Assembly (NCBI GenBank): GCA_038106575.1
Contig: JAYOED010000008.1
Coordinates: 1-58,491 of the forward strand
Direction: 5' to 3'
DNA length: 58,491 nt
Source of the DNA: Burkholderiales bacterium
GTDB taxonomy: Bacteria; Pseudomonadota; Gammaproteobacteria; Burkholderiales; SG8-41
The translations under genes and the position numbers were made by a program. The notes under the pieces are model-generated. The model saw nothing but the letters and a program-made list of their open reading frames with translations. It had not been told where the DNA came from and ran no database searches. The first letter of the stretch is position 1. Every line of letters begins with the position of its first letter. Shown in pieces: positions 20,523 through 30,212 of this stretch.

Positions 20523-21095
20523 GTGCTGGTCTACATCCACGGGTTCAACAGCTCGGCGCGCTCGCACAAGGCGGGCCTGCTGCGTGATTACATGACCCGC
20601 GCGGGACTGGGTAATCAATTTGCATGTCCCGAGCTATCTCACCGCCCGGCTGCGGCAATGGCGATGCTGCGAGAGCTGGTTACTGAACGTGATCCACGCC
20701 AGGTAACGCTGGTCGGTTCTTCACTGGGCGGGTATTACGCAACCTGGCTGGTCGAAAACCTGGGTGCGCGCGCCGTGCTGGTAAATCCCGCCGTACGCTC
20801 CTATGAGCTGCTGGCTGGACAGCTGGGCCCACAGAAAAATCTTTATACCGGCGCTGTGTATGAGTTCACCGAAAAACACCTCGAAGAATTGCGCGCACTG
20901 GAGGTTGACCGGATTACGCCGCAGCGCTACCAGTTGATCACGGCGACCGGGGACGAAGTGCTGGATTACCGCGCCGGTATCCGGCGGTACGCCGGCTGCG
21001 AACAAACCGTCGTTGAAGGCGGAGACCACGGATTTCGCGAATTTGAGGAGTATCTGGGCACCGTCTTCGCATTCTGGCAGTACGGGCGCGTATAA
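20523..21095 (+). CDS. YqiA/YcfP-family alpha/beta hydrolase (esterase)
   Basis: LVYIHGFNSS and nucleophile elbow GSSLGG. GTG start. Confidence 0.75.
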   Translation: MLVYIHGFNSSARSHKAGLLRDYMTRAGLGNQFACPELSHRPAAAMAMLRELVTERDPRQVTLVGSSLGGYYATWLVENLGARAVLVNPAVRSYELLAGQLGPQKNLYTGAVYEFTEKHLEELRALEVDRITPQRYQLITATGDEVLDYRAGIRRYAGCEQTVVEGGDHGFREFEEYLGTVFAFWQYGRV

Positions 21096-21156
21096 TTCAG
21101 CTGCCATTTCCTCCGCTCGCCGTCCTCTACGGCGATTCCCTGCGCGGTATTTCCCG

Positions 21157-23013
21157 ATGAATGTTTTTTACGAAGAAGGCGGTGAATTCAAAGTCGGCGC
21201 CGTGCTTGCCGACAATGACATATCACTGCAGATCGAGGCGCCGCACGGCAAGCGCTCAAAGGCGAAAGCCTCAGCGGTGCTGTTGCGTTTCGAGTCTCCG
21301 GCTCTCACAGCGTTCATGGAAGAGGCGCGAGCCTGCGCCGATGCGATTGACGTCGATTTTCTGTGGCAATGCTGCGGAGAGGGCGAATTTTCTTACGATA
21401 CGCTGGCGCGCGAATATTTTGGCCACATGCCCGGCGCTGTGGAGTCTGCCGGCGTGCTGATGCGATTACATGGCGCGCCGATGTATTTTTACAAGAAGGG
21501 GCGCGGCCGCTACAAGGCGGCACCGGAGGATGCGCTGAAGGCGGCGCTGGCCAGTGTCGAACGGAAAAAACTGCAGGCCGAACGCAAGACAGCCTATGTG
21601 GCGGAATTGGTTTCCAGCCGGCTTCCTGAAGCTTTGGTCGCGCATCTGGACCAGCTTCTGTACAAGCCGGATCGCAACAGCATCGAATGGAAGGCCCTGG
21701 AAGAGGCCAGCAATGCAGAAAAGGTAACTCCGGCGCGACTGATCGAACGCTGTGGCGGTTTGAAGGATACGCATGCCTATCATCTGAACCGTTTTCTGTT
21801 CGAGCATTTTCCGCGCGGCAGCGGGTTTCCCGATCTGCCCGCGGAAGTCGAACCGGCGGACTTGCCGCTGGCCGATGTCTGCGCCTGCAGTATCGACGAT
21901 GCGGAAACGACTGAAATTGACGACGCGTTTTCGCTGCAGGAATTGCCCGGCGGTATTCACCGACTGGGGGTTCACATCGCGGCTCCTGCGTTGGGCATCG
22001 CCCCGCAATCGCCCCTGGATACCATTGCGCGTGAACGACTTTCAACGGTGTATTTTCCCGGAGGCAAGATCACGATGCTGCCGGATGCGGCAGTGGAGGC
22101 CTACACCCTGGCGGCGGGTCGAGAATGCCCGGCGTTGTCGGTTTATTTCGACATTGGCACGGATTATTCGGTGCGTGGACACGAGACGAAACTCGAGCGC
22201 GTATTGATCGCCGACAATCTGCGGCACGATGCGCTGGAGCCCGTGTTCAATGCCGAGGCGCTGGCGCGCGGCAGGGTGGACCATCCTTTGGGGACGGAGC
22301 TGGCGTGGCTGTGGCAGTTTGCGGGGCACCGCCTGGTTGAGCGCATGGGAGATGCCCCCCGGGGTGAAGATCGCCCTGATTTCGTGTTTCGCGTCAGCGA
22401 GGGGCGAATTTCGATTGTGCCGCGCAGGCGCGGCACGCCGATTGATCTGGTGGTAGCTGAGCTGATGATTCTGGCCAACACTACCTGGGCGGCGGATTTG
22501 CACGCCAAAGGGCAGGCTGCGCTTTATCGGGTGCAAAGCGGGGGCAAGGTACGCACCAGCACTGTGGCAGGTCCCCACGACGGGCTGGGGGTGGCCCAGT
22601 ATCTGTGGGCGACTTCGCCGTTGCGGCGGTATGCGGACCTGGTCAACCAGCGCCAGCTAATCGCGTGCGTGCGCGGCGAAAAGGCGCCTTACCCAGCGAA
22701 AGATACCGGCTTGCTGGCGGTCATGAGCGAGTTTGAGACAGCTTACGAAAGCTATGCTGAATATCAGCGTACGATGGAGCGCTATTGGAGTTTGCGCTGG
22801 CTGCAACAGGAAAACATCCGGGAGGCTCCCGCGGTTGTGTTGCGCGAAAATCTGGTGAGACTGGAAGCTGCCCCGGTTACGCAGCGCGTGCCGTCCCTGC
22901 CTGCAGACGTGGCGCCAGGGTCGCGGATCGTTTTGCGGGTGGGCGCCATCGATCTGCTTGATCTGGGGGTGCAACTCGAATTTCTCGGGATGCCTGATGC
23001 CGCGAAAAGTTAG
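21157..23013 (+). CDS. RNB-domain 3'-5' exoribonuclease (RNase II family)
   Basis: Acidic motif DDAETTEIDDAFS and SPLRRYADLVNQRQL. Start placed at MNVFYEEGGEFKVG. Confidence 0.8.
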   Translation: MNVFYEEGGEFKVGAVLADNDISLQIEAPHGKRSKAKASAVLLRFESPALTAFMEEARACADAIDVDFLWQCCGEGEFSYDTLAREYFGHMPGAVESAGVLMRLHGAPMYFYKKGRGRYKAAPEDALKAALASVERKKLQAERKTAYVAELVSSRLPEALVAHLDQLLYKPDRNSIEWKALEEASNAEKVTPARLIERCGGLKDTHAYHLNRFLFEHFPRGSGFPDLPAEVEPADLPLADVCACSIDDAETTEIDDAFSLQELPGGIHRLGVHIAAPALGIAPQSPLDTIARERLSTVYFPGGKITMLPDAAVEAYTLAAGRECPALSVYFDIGTDYSVRGHETKLERVLIADNLRHDALEPVFNAEALARGRVDHPLGTELAWLWQFAGHRLVERMGDAPRGEDRPDFVFRVSEGRISIVPRRRGTPIDLVVAELMILANTTWAADLHAKGQAALYRVQSGGKVRTSTVAGPHDGLGVAQYLWATSPLRRYADLVNQRQLIACVRGEKAPYPAKDTGLLAVMSEFETAYESYAEYQRTMERYWSLRWLQQENIREAPAVVLRENLVRLEAAPVTQRVPSLPADVAPGSRIVLRVGAIDLLDLGVQLEFLGMPDAAKS

Positions 23014-23124
23014 TATACACCAACCCAACACACTATATCTAGAGTCTGCTTTAAGCATTTTCCATAATTATATGATAAATAATGTTTTTATTGATATTTT
23101 TAGGGGCTTGTCTAGAATAGTCCC

Positions 23125-24138
23125 ATGAAGCTCAAACCCGCTGCCGAGGTGATTACCCTGCCGCGCCGCGCGAAGCATCCACGGCGCGGCTCGTGGGCGG
23201 GCGCAGCGGACCGGTTGGATGCGCGGGTTGCCGAACTGGAGCGGCGCATCGAGGACTTCGACCGGCGCTATGCGCGGATGACGGTACGCGCCCGATTCAG
23301 CGCTGCAGGGGTGCTGTCACTGCTGATGCACGCCTTCGTGATTTTCGGTCTTACGTTCACCATGCCTGACTTGCGCGAGCTGAAGAACATGACTCCGCCG
23401 CTTGAGGTTGTGCTGGTCAATACCAAATCCCAGGCCAAACCGCGCAAGGCTGACGCCCTGGCGCAGCATAATCTTGATGGTGGGGGCAATACCGACGCCA
23501 GGCAGCGCGCAAAGAGTCCGCTGCCGGCGATTACTCGGGATGTCCAGACCACCGAGCTGCAGCTGGCGCAGAAACGCGTGGCCGAACTTGAACAGGAGGC
23601 GCAGCAGCTGCTGGCCATCAAGGGCAAGCCTGCGGTATCCAATGCAGCGGTCAAGTCTGAGGCGCAGCGTTCGCCGGAGCCGGCACCGCCGGCTGACACC
23701 ACGGAACTCCTGCAAAAAAGCCTGGCCATTGCCCGGCTTGAAGCGCAGATTAGCAAGGACTGGAACAGCTACCAGGAACGCCCGCGCCGCAAGTTTATCG
23801 GCGCCCGTGCGCAGGAATACCGCTTCGCACGTTACGTCGATGACTGGCGGCAGAAGATCGAGCGCTTCGGTGAACTGAATTACCCGCAGGCCGCGCGCGA
23901 CCAGCGCATCTACGGCAGCCTAGTGGCTACCGTTTCGATCAAGTCCAACGGCGTGCTGGAAAAGGTTCAGATCGATCGTTCTTCTGGACACAAGTTGCTG
24001 GATGAAGCCACGATACGTATCGTAAAGCTGGCCGCACCGTTCGCGGCATTCCCGCCCAATATCGCCCGTGATACCGACATCCTGCACATTACCCGGACCT
24101 GGACGTTCACGCGGGCGGACCAGTTCATCAGCCAGTGA
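23125..24138 (+). CDS. TonB C-terminal-domain protein
   Basis: N-terminal TM segment. The C-terminus YPQAARDQRIYGSLVATVSIKSNGVLEKVQIDRSSGHKLLDEA fits the TonB_C fold. Confidence 0.7.
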   Translation: MKLKPAAEVITLPRRAKHPRRGSWAGAADRLDARVAELERRIEDFDRRYARMTVRARFSAAGVLSLLMHAFVIFGLTFTMPDLRELKNMTPPLEVVLVNTKSQAKPRKADALAQHNLDGGGNTDARQRAKSPLPAITRDVQTTELQLAQKRVAELEQEAQQLLAIKGKPAVSNAAVKSEAQRSPEPAPPADTTELLQKSLAIARLEAQISKDWNSYQERPRRKFIGARAQEYRFARYVDDWRQKIERFGELNYPQAARDQRIYGSLVATVSIKSNGVLEKVQIDRSSGHKLLDEATIRIVKLAAPFAAFPPNIARDTDILHITRTWTFTRADQFISQ

Positions 24139-24971
24139 CCGATCGCTACGCTGTCATCGGTAACCCGGTTGAACACAGCAAATCGCCGCTGATTCATGCC
24201 GCATTCGCCAGGCAGACTGGCGAGGATATTGCCTACGACCGTCTGTTCTCGCCGCTGGATGGGTTCACGGAGACGGTTCGCCAGTTTTTTGCCGAAGACG
24301 GCAAGGGACTCAATGTCACGGTACCTTTCAAAAACGAAGCGTTCCGGATCACCCGTCCCGGTGACATCGCGATCGGCGGAGTTGCGGATGCAGAAGCGGT
24401 GAATACGATCAAGGTCGATGGCGGACAACTGGTCGGATACAACACGGATGGAGTTGGTCTGGTAACCGACCTGGAAAAAAATCTCGGTTTTCCACTCCGC
24501 GGCAAGCGCGTGTTGCTGATGGGGGCGGGCGGGGCGGCCCAGGGTGTCATGCATTCCCTGCTCGAGAAGCATGCGGACTCATTGGTGGTTGCCAACCGCA
24601 CGCTGGACAAGGCGAACTTGATGGTGAGTAGGTTTAAAAAGCTCGAACACTTTGCCGTGCATGGTATTTCAACTTCTCCGTACCGGAATCTCGATGGTGT
24701 TCCATTCGATCTGATTATTAATGCCACTTCTGCCGGTTTAAGCGGGGAAATGCCGGATTTGCCGGGAGGTGTTTTCGCCCGGAACGCGCTGGCTTACGAC
24801 ATGGTGTACGGGCGTGACACCCCGTTTCTCGAATTCGCGCGCAAATCCGGCGCCCGCGCCGTCGACGGCCTGGGCATGCTGGTCGAGCAGGCGGCAGAGT
24901 CGTTTTTTATCTGGCGTGGTGTGCGTCCGCAAACGGCGCCGGTCATCAAGCAGCTGCGCACCGCAGTCTGA
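24135..24971 (+). CDS. aroE: Shikimate dehydrogenase
   Basis: VIGNPVEHSKSPLIH and GAGGAAQGV. GTGA overlap with the upstream gene. Confidence 0.9.
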   Translation: MTDRYAVIGNPVEHSKSPLIHAAFARQTGEDIAYDRLFSPLDGFTETVRQFFAEDGKGLNVTVPFKNEAFRITRPGDIAIGGVADAEAVNTIKVDGGQLVGYNTDGVGLVTDLEKNLGFPLRGKRVLLMGAGGAAQGVMHSLLEKHADSLVVANRTLDKANLMVSRFKKLEHFAVHGISTSPYRNLDGVPFDLIINATSAGLSGEMPDLPGGVFARNALAYDMVYGRDTPFLEFARKSGARAVDGLGMLVEQAAESFFIWRGVRPQTAPVIKQLRTAV

Positions 24972-24995
24972 CTTTCAGGAAAGATTTTCCCCGAT

Positions 24996-25736
24996 ATGGC
25001 CCGTGCCAAGGCAGGCAAGGTTGCGCGTCCGACGCTGTTGCGGATGCTGCTTCGCTTGACCGGATTCATGCTGCTGCTGGCACTGATCGTGCTGACCGCA
25101 GTGCAGTTCTGGTTCCTGGTGCATGTCTGGTACTGGGTGGATCATAACCCTGAAACCACAGCATTCATGCGCGCACGGCTGGAAATTCTGCGTGAAAGCG
25201 ATTCACGGGCGCGGCTGCACCAGCGATGGGTACCGTACCAGCGGATTTCCTCGCATCTGAAGCGGGCCGTAGTGGCATCTGAAGACGCAAAATTCGTATT
25301 TCATCAGGGTTTCGACTGGGATGGCATCCGTTATGCAATGGAACGCAACCTGCGCGAAGGCGAAATCGTCGCCGGCGGATCGACCATTTCCCAGCAACTT
25401 GCGAAAAACCTTTTTTTCGGCGGGCAGCGTGCCTGGTGGCGCAAGACCCAGGAAGCGGCGGTGACCGTCATGCTCGAAACGATAATGAGCAAAAGACGGA
25501 TACTCGAGATTTATCTGAATGTGATTGAGTGGGGAGATGGGGTCTACGGAGCGGAAGCCGCGGCGCGGTATCACTACGGCACCAATGCCGCTGTTCTCAC
25601 CGATGAGCAGGCGGCGCGTTTGGCGGCCATCGTGCCCAGTCCCCGCCGTTACGGGCCGGACAGCAATACCGATTACCTCCAGCTGCGGACTCAGACCATA
25701 CTCTCGCGCATGAACAGTTCGTCTGTTCCCCGATAA
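24996..25736 (+). CDS. mtgA: Monofunctional peptidoglycan glycosyltransferase
   Basis: [30 protein letters not shown] and RKTQEA. Confidence 0.9.
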   Translation: MARAKAGKVARPTLLRMLLRLTGFMLLLALIVLTAVQFWFLVHVWYWVDHNPETTAFMRARLEILRESDSRARLHQRWVPYQRISSHLKRAVVASEDAKFVFHQGFDWDGIRYAMERNLREGEIVAGGSTISQQLAKNLFFGGQRAWWRKTQEAAVTVMLETIMSKRRILEIYLNVIEWGDGVYGAEAAARYHYGTNAAVLTDEQAARLAAIVPSPRRYGPDSNTDYLQLRTQTILSRMNSSSVPR

Positions 25737-25928
25737 ATACCGAATTAATAACAACAAACCCGGAACAGTGCAGTCAAGGCGGGATGGAGTCTGCGGATCT
25801 GGTCAATTCACTGTTGACCGGTCCCGGACGTCGGCATACTCTGCCCAGATGTTTTTCTGCTGCAGCGGAAAATCTGACCGCGGCGTTCGACCGCGGCTTG
25901 TATGACAGGGATCGAGGGGCTCAGGAGC

Positions 25929-25946
25929 GCCGCATCGGTGTGCGGC
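25929..25946 (+). promoter_or_regulatory. Leader inverted repeat upstream of Mo-hydroxylase module 1
   Basis: GCCGCA-tcggtg-TGCGGC, then a T7 run and GAGG before the ATG. It is positionally equivalent to the module 2 dyad. Confidence 0.5.
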
Positions 25947-25978
25947 AACGTGTCTTTTTTTCAAAGCGAGGTTTGAGC

Positions 25979-26428
25979 ATGATTTCACTCAATATCAATG
26001 GCCGCATGCATCAGGTCGATGTCGAACCCGATACGCCGCTGTTGTGGGCGATTCGCGAGCAGGTTGGTCTGACCGGCACCAAATACGGTTGCGGGGTCGC
26101 GCAGTGCGGATCCTGCACAGTGCACATCGATGGTGAAGCCGTGCGCTCTTGTGCGATGCCGGTTAGTGCCGCTGCCGGCAAGCGTATTACCACGATCGAA
26201 GGCCTTGCCAAGGGAAAGACGCTGCACAAGGTGCAGAAGGCCTGGGTCGATCACCAGGTACCGCAGTGCGGGTATTGCCAGTCGGGCATGGTCATGGCGG
26301 TTGCAGCATTGTTGGCGAAGAAACCGAAGCCGACCAATGCCGACATTGACACCCATGTCACCAACATCTGTCGCTGCGGCACCTTCCAGCAGGTGCGTGA
26401 AGCGATACACGCCGCAGCCAAGGCCTAG
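25979..26428 (+). CDS. [2Fe-2S] small subunit of a xanthine-oxidase-family hydroxylase (IorA/CoxS-like), copy 1
   Basis: 149 aa. [11 protein letters not shown] and CGYCQSG...CRCG cluster motifs. No signal peptide. Start at MISLNINGR. Confidence 0.9.
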   Translation: MISLNINGRMHQVDVEPDTPLLWAIREQVGLTGTKYGCGVAQCGSCTVHIDGEAVRSCAMPVSAAAGKRITTIEGLAKGKTLHKVQKAWVDHQVPQCGYCQSGMVMAVAALLAKKPKPTNADIDTHVTNICRCGTFQQVREAIHAAAKA

Positions 26429-26439
26429 GAGACCGCGAC

Positions 26440-28632
26440 ATGGAAACCATCAATATGAATCGCCGTTCGTTCTTGGTCACCAGCGCTGCCGCGGGGGGCG
26501 GGCTCGTCCTCGGCTTGCAGATCCCCTTCGGCATGACGACTGCGCAGGCTGCAGAAACCGTTCCCGAAATCAATGCCTGGGTCGTAATCAAGGCCGACGA
26601 TTCGGTCGTGATCCGGGTTGCGCGTTCTGAAATGGGTCAGGGCACCATCACCGGTCTGGCCCAGCTGGTCGTCGAAGAACTGGAATGCGACTGGTCAAAA
26701 GTCAGCACCGAATATCCGACGCCGGGCGAGAACCTGAAGCGCAATCGCGTCTGGCAGAGTTTCTCGACAGGAGGCAGCCGCGGCATCCGCACATCGCACG
26801 ATTATGTAAGGCGCGGTGGTGCTGCGGCACGCATGATGCTGCTGCAAGCAGCGGCCGACCAGTGGAAAGTGCCGGTCAACCAGTTGTCGGTCAGCAGGGG
26901 CGTGATTACACATGGTGCCAGCGGGCGCAAGGTGACTTACGGCAAGGTGGCTGCGGCCGCGGCGAAATTGACCCCGCCCGATGCGAAAGCCATCAAGCTC
27001 AAGGATCCGAAGAAATGGAAGGTCGCCGGAAAACCGATGAAGCGTTTTGGTACGGTCGACAAGGTCACCGGCCGCCAGGTCTATGGTGCGGACCTCAAGC
27101 TGCCGGGCATGGTCAATGCAACGATCATGGAATGCCCGGTATTTGGCGGCAAACTGAAAGCGTTTGATGCCGCCAAAGTCTCCGGCATGAAGGGCGTCAA
27201 GCAGGTCCTGCGTGTCGGTGATACCGCGGTCGCTGTTGTTGCCGATACCTGGTGGCATGCAAAAAAAGCACTGGATGGGCTGCCTGTCGATTGGGACTAT
27301 GGCGACAACGTCAAGGTATCGAGCGCCTCGATTGCCGATGTACTGAAGGCGGGTCTGGATGCACCGCAGGCTTTCGTCGGCAACAAGACGGGCGATGTCC
27401 AGTCCGCACTGAAAGGCGCGGCGAAGACCGTCGATGCGGTCTATTCATATCCGTACCAGAACCACGCACCGATGGAGCCGATGAACGCGACCGCGCGTTA
27501 CACACCGGACAAGTGCGAAGTCTGGGTGCCCACACAGGACGGCGAATCCTCGTTCGCCGCCGTGCTGGCGGCTTCCGGTCTGCCTGCGGACAAGTGCGAG
27601 GTTTACAAGATCGATCTCGGCGGCGGTTTCGGCCGGCGTGGTGCCTTCCAGGATTATGTGAAGCAGGCCGTGCTGATTGCCAAGCAGATGCCCGGGACAC
27701 CGGTCAAGTTGCTGTGGACGCGCGAGGAAGACATGCGCCAGGGCCGCTACCACCCCGTCATGCAATGCAAGCTCACCGGCAGTCTCGACTCCGCCAACAA
27801 CCTTACCGGGCTGCACATGCGCCTGTCAGGACAGTCGATTCTGGCTTCGGTGCGTCCGGCCGTCGTCGAGAAAGCCGGTGGCAAGGATCCGCTGACGTTC
27901 CAGGGTGTGGCGCAAAGCGGTGAGCATTCGATCGGCTACAGCTTTCCGAACCTGCTGATCGACCATGCCATGCGCAATCCGCATGTGCCGCCCGGTTTCT
28001 GGCGTGGCGTCAACATCAATCAGAACGCCATTTTCATCGAATGCTTCATGGATGAACTGGCGCATGCGGCAGGGCAGGATCCTCTGGAATTCCGTCGCAA
28101 GTTCATGGCGGATCATCCGCGCAATCTCGGCGTGCTGAATGCTGTTGCCAAGGGTATCGGCTGGACGAAACCCGCACCGAAGGGGCGTTATCGAGGCCTG
28201 GCGCAAATGAAAGCGTTCGACAGTTTTGTCGCGGCGGCCTGTGAGATTTCGGTGGACAGCACCGGCAACAAGGTCAAGATTCACCGCATCGTGGCAGCGA
28301 CCGACCCGGGTTATGCGGTCAATCCGGCGCAGATCGAGCGCCAGATCGCCGGATCATTTGTCTACGGCCTGTCTGCATTGTTTATGCAGGAATGCACGGT
28401 CAAGGACGGCCGCATCGAGCAGGACAACTTTCACACCTACAACTCGATGCGCATCGCGCAGATGCCCAGGGTCGAAAGCATCATCATGCCGACCGGCGGG
28501 AAGGTCTGGGGCGGCATCGGCGAGCCTACCATCTGCGTTGCTGCGCCGGCAGTGCTCAACGCCTACTTCAAGGCGACCGGCAAGCGCATCCGCACGGTCC
28601 CGTTGAAGAATCACGGTATTGAACTCGTTTGA
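26440..28632 (+). CDS. Molybdopterin-binding large subunit (IorB/CoxL-like), Tat-exported, copy 1
   Basis: 730 aa. Twin-arginine signal MNRRSFLVTSAAAGGGL. EINAWVVIKADDSVVIRVARSEMGQGT is typical of the IorB-type family. Confidence 0.9.
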   Translation: METINMNRRSFLVTSAAAGGGLVLGLQIPFGMTTAQAAETVPEINAWVVIKADDSVVIRVARSEMGQGTITGLAQLVVEELECDWSKVSTEYPTPGENLKRNRVWQSFSTGGSRGIRTSHDYVRRGGAAARMMLLQAAADQWKVPVNQLSVSRGVITHGASGRKVTYGKVAAAAAKLTPPDAKAIKLKDPKKWKVAGKPMKRFGTVDKVTGRQVYGADLKLPGMVNATIMECPVFGGKLKAFDAAKVSGMKGVKQVLRVGDTAVAVVADTWWHAKKALDGLPVDWDYGDNVKVSSASIADVLKAGLDAPQAFVGNKTGDVQSALKGAAKTVDAVYSYPYQNHAPMEPMNATARYTPDKCEVWVPTQDGESSFAAVLAASGLPADKCEVYKIDLGGGFGRRGAFQDYVKQAVLIAKQMPGTPVKLLWTREEDMRQGRYHPVMQCKLTGSLDSANNLTGLHMRLSGQSILASVRPAVVEKAGGKDPLTFQGVAQSGEHSIGYSFPNLLIDHAMRNPHVPPGFWRGVNINQNAIFIECFMDELAHAAGQDPLEFRRKFMADHPRNLGVLNAVAKGIGWTKPAPKGRYRGLAQMKAFDSFVAAACEISVDSTGNKVKIHRIVAATDPGYAVNPAQIERQIAGSFVYGLSALFMQECTVKDGRIEQDNFHTYNSMRIAQMPRVESIIMPTGGKVWGGIGEPTICVAAPAVLNAYFKATGKRIRTVPLKNHGIELV

Positions 28633-29080
28633 CCGCCGCCGCGACTTCCTGAAAACCGCTGGCCTTGCGGCCGGCGGCGCGGCGCTGGTGTTGCCGGCAC
28701 TGGCCTCACCGGAAGATATGCGCGCCGCATTGACTAAGATCACCGGCGGGGCTGACGTGCGCCGTGGACGCGTCAAGTTGCAATTGCCGCCGTTGGTGGA
28801 AAACGGCAACTCGGTCGAGTTTTCGGTGACCGTCGACAGTCCGATGACGGAAACCGACTATGTGAAGGCGATCCATGTATTCACGGAAAAAAATCCCCAG
28901 CCGTACGTGATCAACGCCTATCTGGGGCCGCGCGCCGGCCGTGCACGGATCACCAGCAGAACGCGGCTGGCTGACACTCAAACCGTGCACGCGGTTGCCG
29001 AACTGAGCAACGGCACATTCTGGACGGATTCTGTCAGCGTGGTGGTCACACTGTCAGCGTGCATCGGGGATTTGATCTGA
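28619..29080 (+). CDS. SoxY-like sulfur-carrier protein with a non-canonical C-terminal arm, copy 1
   Basis: Tat signal RRRDFLKTAGL. SoxY core LPPLVENGNSVEFSV...VHAVAELSNGTFW. Ends VVVTLSACIGDLI instead of GGCGG. The TTG start overlaps the Mo-subunit stop by 14 nt. Confidence 0.8.
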   Translation: MNSFDRRRDFLKTAGLAAGGAALVLPALASPEDMRAALTKITGGADVRRGRVKLQLPPLVENGNSVEFSVTVDSPMTETDYVKAIHVFTEKNPQPYVINAYLGPRAGRARITSRTRLADTQTVHAVAELSNGTFWTDSVSVVVTLSACIGDLI

Positions 29081-29400
29081 TGGCCGACGTGATGGTCAGC
29101 GTTCCTGCTCAGGCGCGGCGTGGCGAGATCATCGAGATCAAGGCGCTGGTGCGCCATCCGATGGAGAACGGGTTTCGCCACACGCAAACCGGTGAACGCA
29201 TTCCGCGTAACATCATCACCAATTTCGTCTGTCGCTATGACGGAGTGGAGATTTTCCGGGCGACGCTGCATCCATCGATCACCGCCAATCCAATGCTGGT
29301 GTTCTCGACGGTCGCAACTGCAAGCGGCAGGATCGAGTTTAGTTGGACCGGGGACAATGGCTTCGTGGTTACGCAGGCGGCCAGCCTCCGGGTGATTTAG
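29080..29400 (+). CDS. soxZ: SoxZ-family protein, copy 1
   Basis: IEIKALVRHPMENGFRHTQTGERIPRNII...ANPMLVFS...FSWTGDNGF. The ATG overlaps the SoxY-like TGA by 1 nt. Confidence 0.85.
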   Translation: MADVMVSVPAQARRGEIIEIKALVRHPMENGFRHTQTGERIPRNIITNFVCRYDGVEIFRATLHPSITANPMLVFSTVATASGRIEFSWTGDNGFVVTQAASLRVI

Positions 29401-29599
29401 AAAATATCATTTAAAACAGACACTTGTAAATTATCTTCTACGGCAATGTGGTTGCGCTTGGGTTACTCGCCGCCGCCGCCAGTTTTTTTCTTGACCGGTG
29501 CAGACCGCGGGAATAATCTGCCCGGCGCGCGTTGTTCATCATGCGCAGACTGCGGCGCCAGACCGCGGCGAATACCAGCGGCGTCGAGGGGAATCAGGC

Positions 29600-29618
29600 G
29601 TGCCACATTGGGTGGCAC
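29600..29618 (+). promoter_or_regulatory. Leader inverted repeat upstream of Mo-hydroxylase module 2
   Basis: GTGCCAC-attgg-GTGGCAC, then a T5 run and GAGG before the ATG. Confidence 0.5.
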
Positions 29619-29647
29619 CGGATGGTTTTTCACTGCGAGGAAAAGTC

Positions 29648-30199
29648 ATGATTCAACTCAATGTCAACGGTCGCACCTACAGGCTCGATGTCGAGCCCGA
29701 TACCCCCCTGCTGTGGGTCATTCGCGAACATGTCGGATTGACCGGCACCAAATACGGTTGTGGTGTCGCCCAGTGCGGCGCCTGCTCGGTTCATCTTAAC
29801 GGCGAGCTGATTCGTTCCTGTTCGCTGCCGGTGAGCGCAGTCAAGGCCTCGGACAAGATCGTCACCATCGAGGGGCTGTCGCGGAACAGTTCACATCCCC
29901 TGCAGAAAGCCTGGGTCGAATTTGACGTTCCCCAGTGCGGTTACTGCCAGTCGGGCCAGTTGATGGCGGCGTCTGCGCTGCTTGCGAAAAATCCGAAACC
30001 CACCGATCAGGACATCGATGACGCGATGACCAACATCTGCCGCTGTGGCACGTATCAGCGCATTCGAGCCGCGATTCATCGGGCGGCCGGCACCGGCAAA
30101 GGCGGCAAGGGCAATGGTTCGATCATACACATGGGCGCAGGTCCGACGGGCCGCGAGGTGGTGATGGCCGAAGCCGGGCAACCCGAGATGAAAGCCTGA
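29648..30199 (+). CDS. [2Fe-2S] small subunit (IorA/CoxS-like), copy 2, with a Gly/Lys-rich C-terminal tail
   Basis: 183 aa. Same Cys motifs as copy 1. The extra tail [36 protein letters not shown] is absent from copy 1. Confidence 0.9.
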   Translation: MIQLNVNGRTYRLDVEPDTPLLWVIREHVGLTGTKYGCGVAQCGACSVHLNGELIRSCSLPVSAVKASDKIVTIEGLSRNSSHPLQKAWVEFDVPQCGYCQSGQLMAASALLAKNPKPTDQDIDDAMTNICRCGTYQRIRAAIHRAAGTGKGGKGNGSIIHMGAGPTGREVVMAEAGQPEMKA

Positions 30200-30212
30200 G
30201 GAGCGCGCGATC

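Noticed and set aside
23084-23097. Shared AT-rich motif GTTTT(T)ATTGATAT, also at 40427-40439
   Set aside because: Only two copies of about 13 nt, both in AT-rich promoter regions. Too short to distinguish from chance without a genome-wide count.
25784-25978. N-terminal extensions of ORF-track calls (25784 and 29498 for the 2Fe-2S subunits, 19135 amidase, 21013 RNase, 33578 SoxA, 55630 TlpA, 57963 LipB)
   Set aside because: The extensions have no homology-like sequence and overlap upstream genes or leaders. Internal ATG or GTG codons with an RBS or stop-start overlaps give family-typical N-termini.
29611-29632. TGGCAC in the module 2 leader as a possible sigma54 -24 element
   Set aside because: The position where the -12 GC should lie reads GGTTT rather than TTGC, and the module 1 leader has no equivalent. 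More likely it is just one arm of the dyad.
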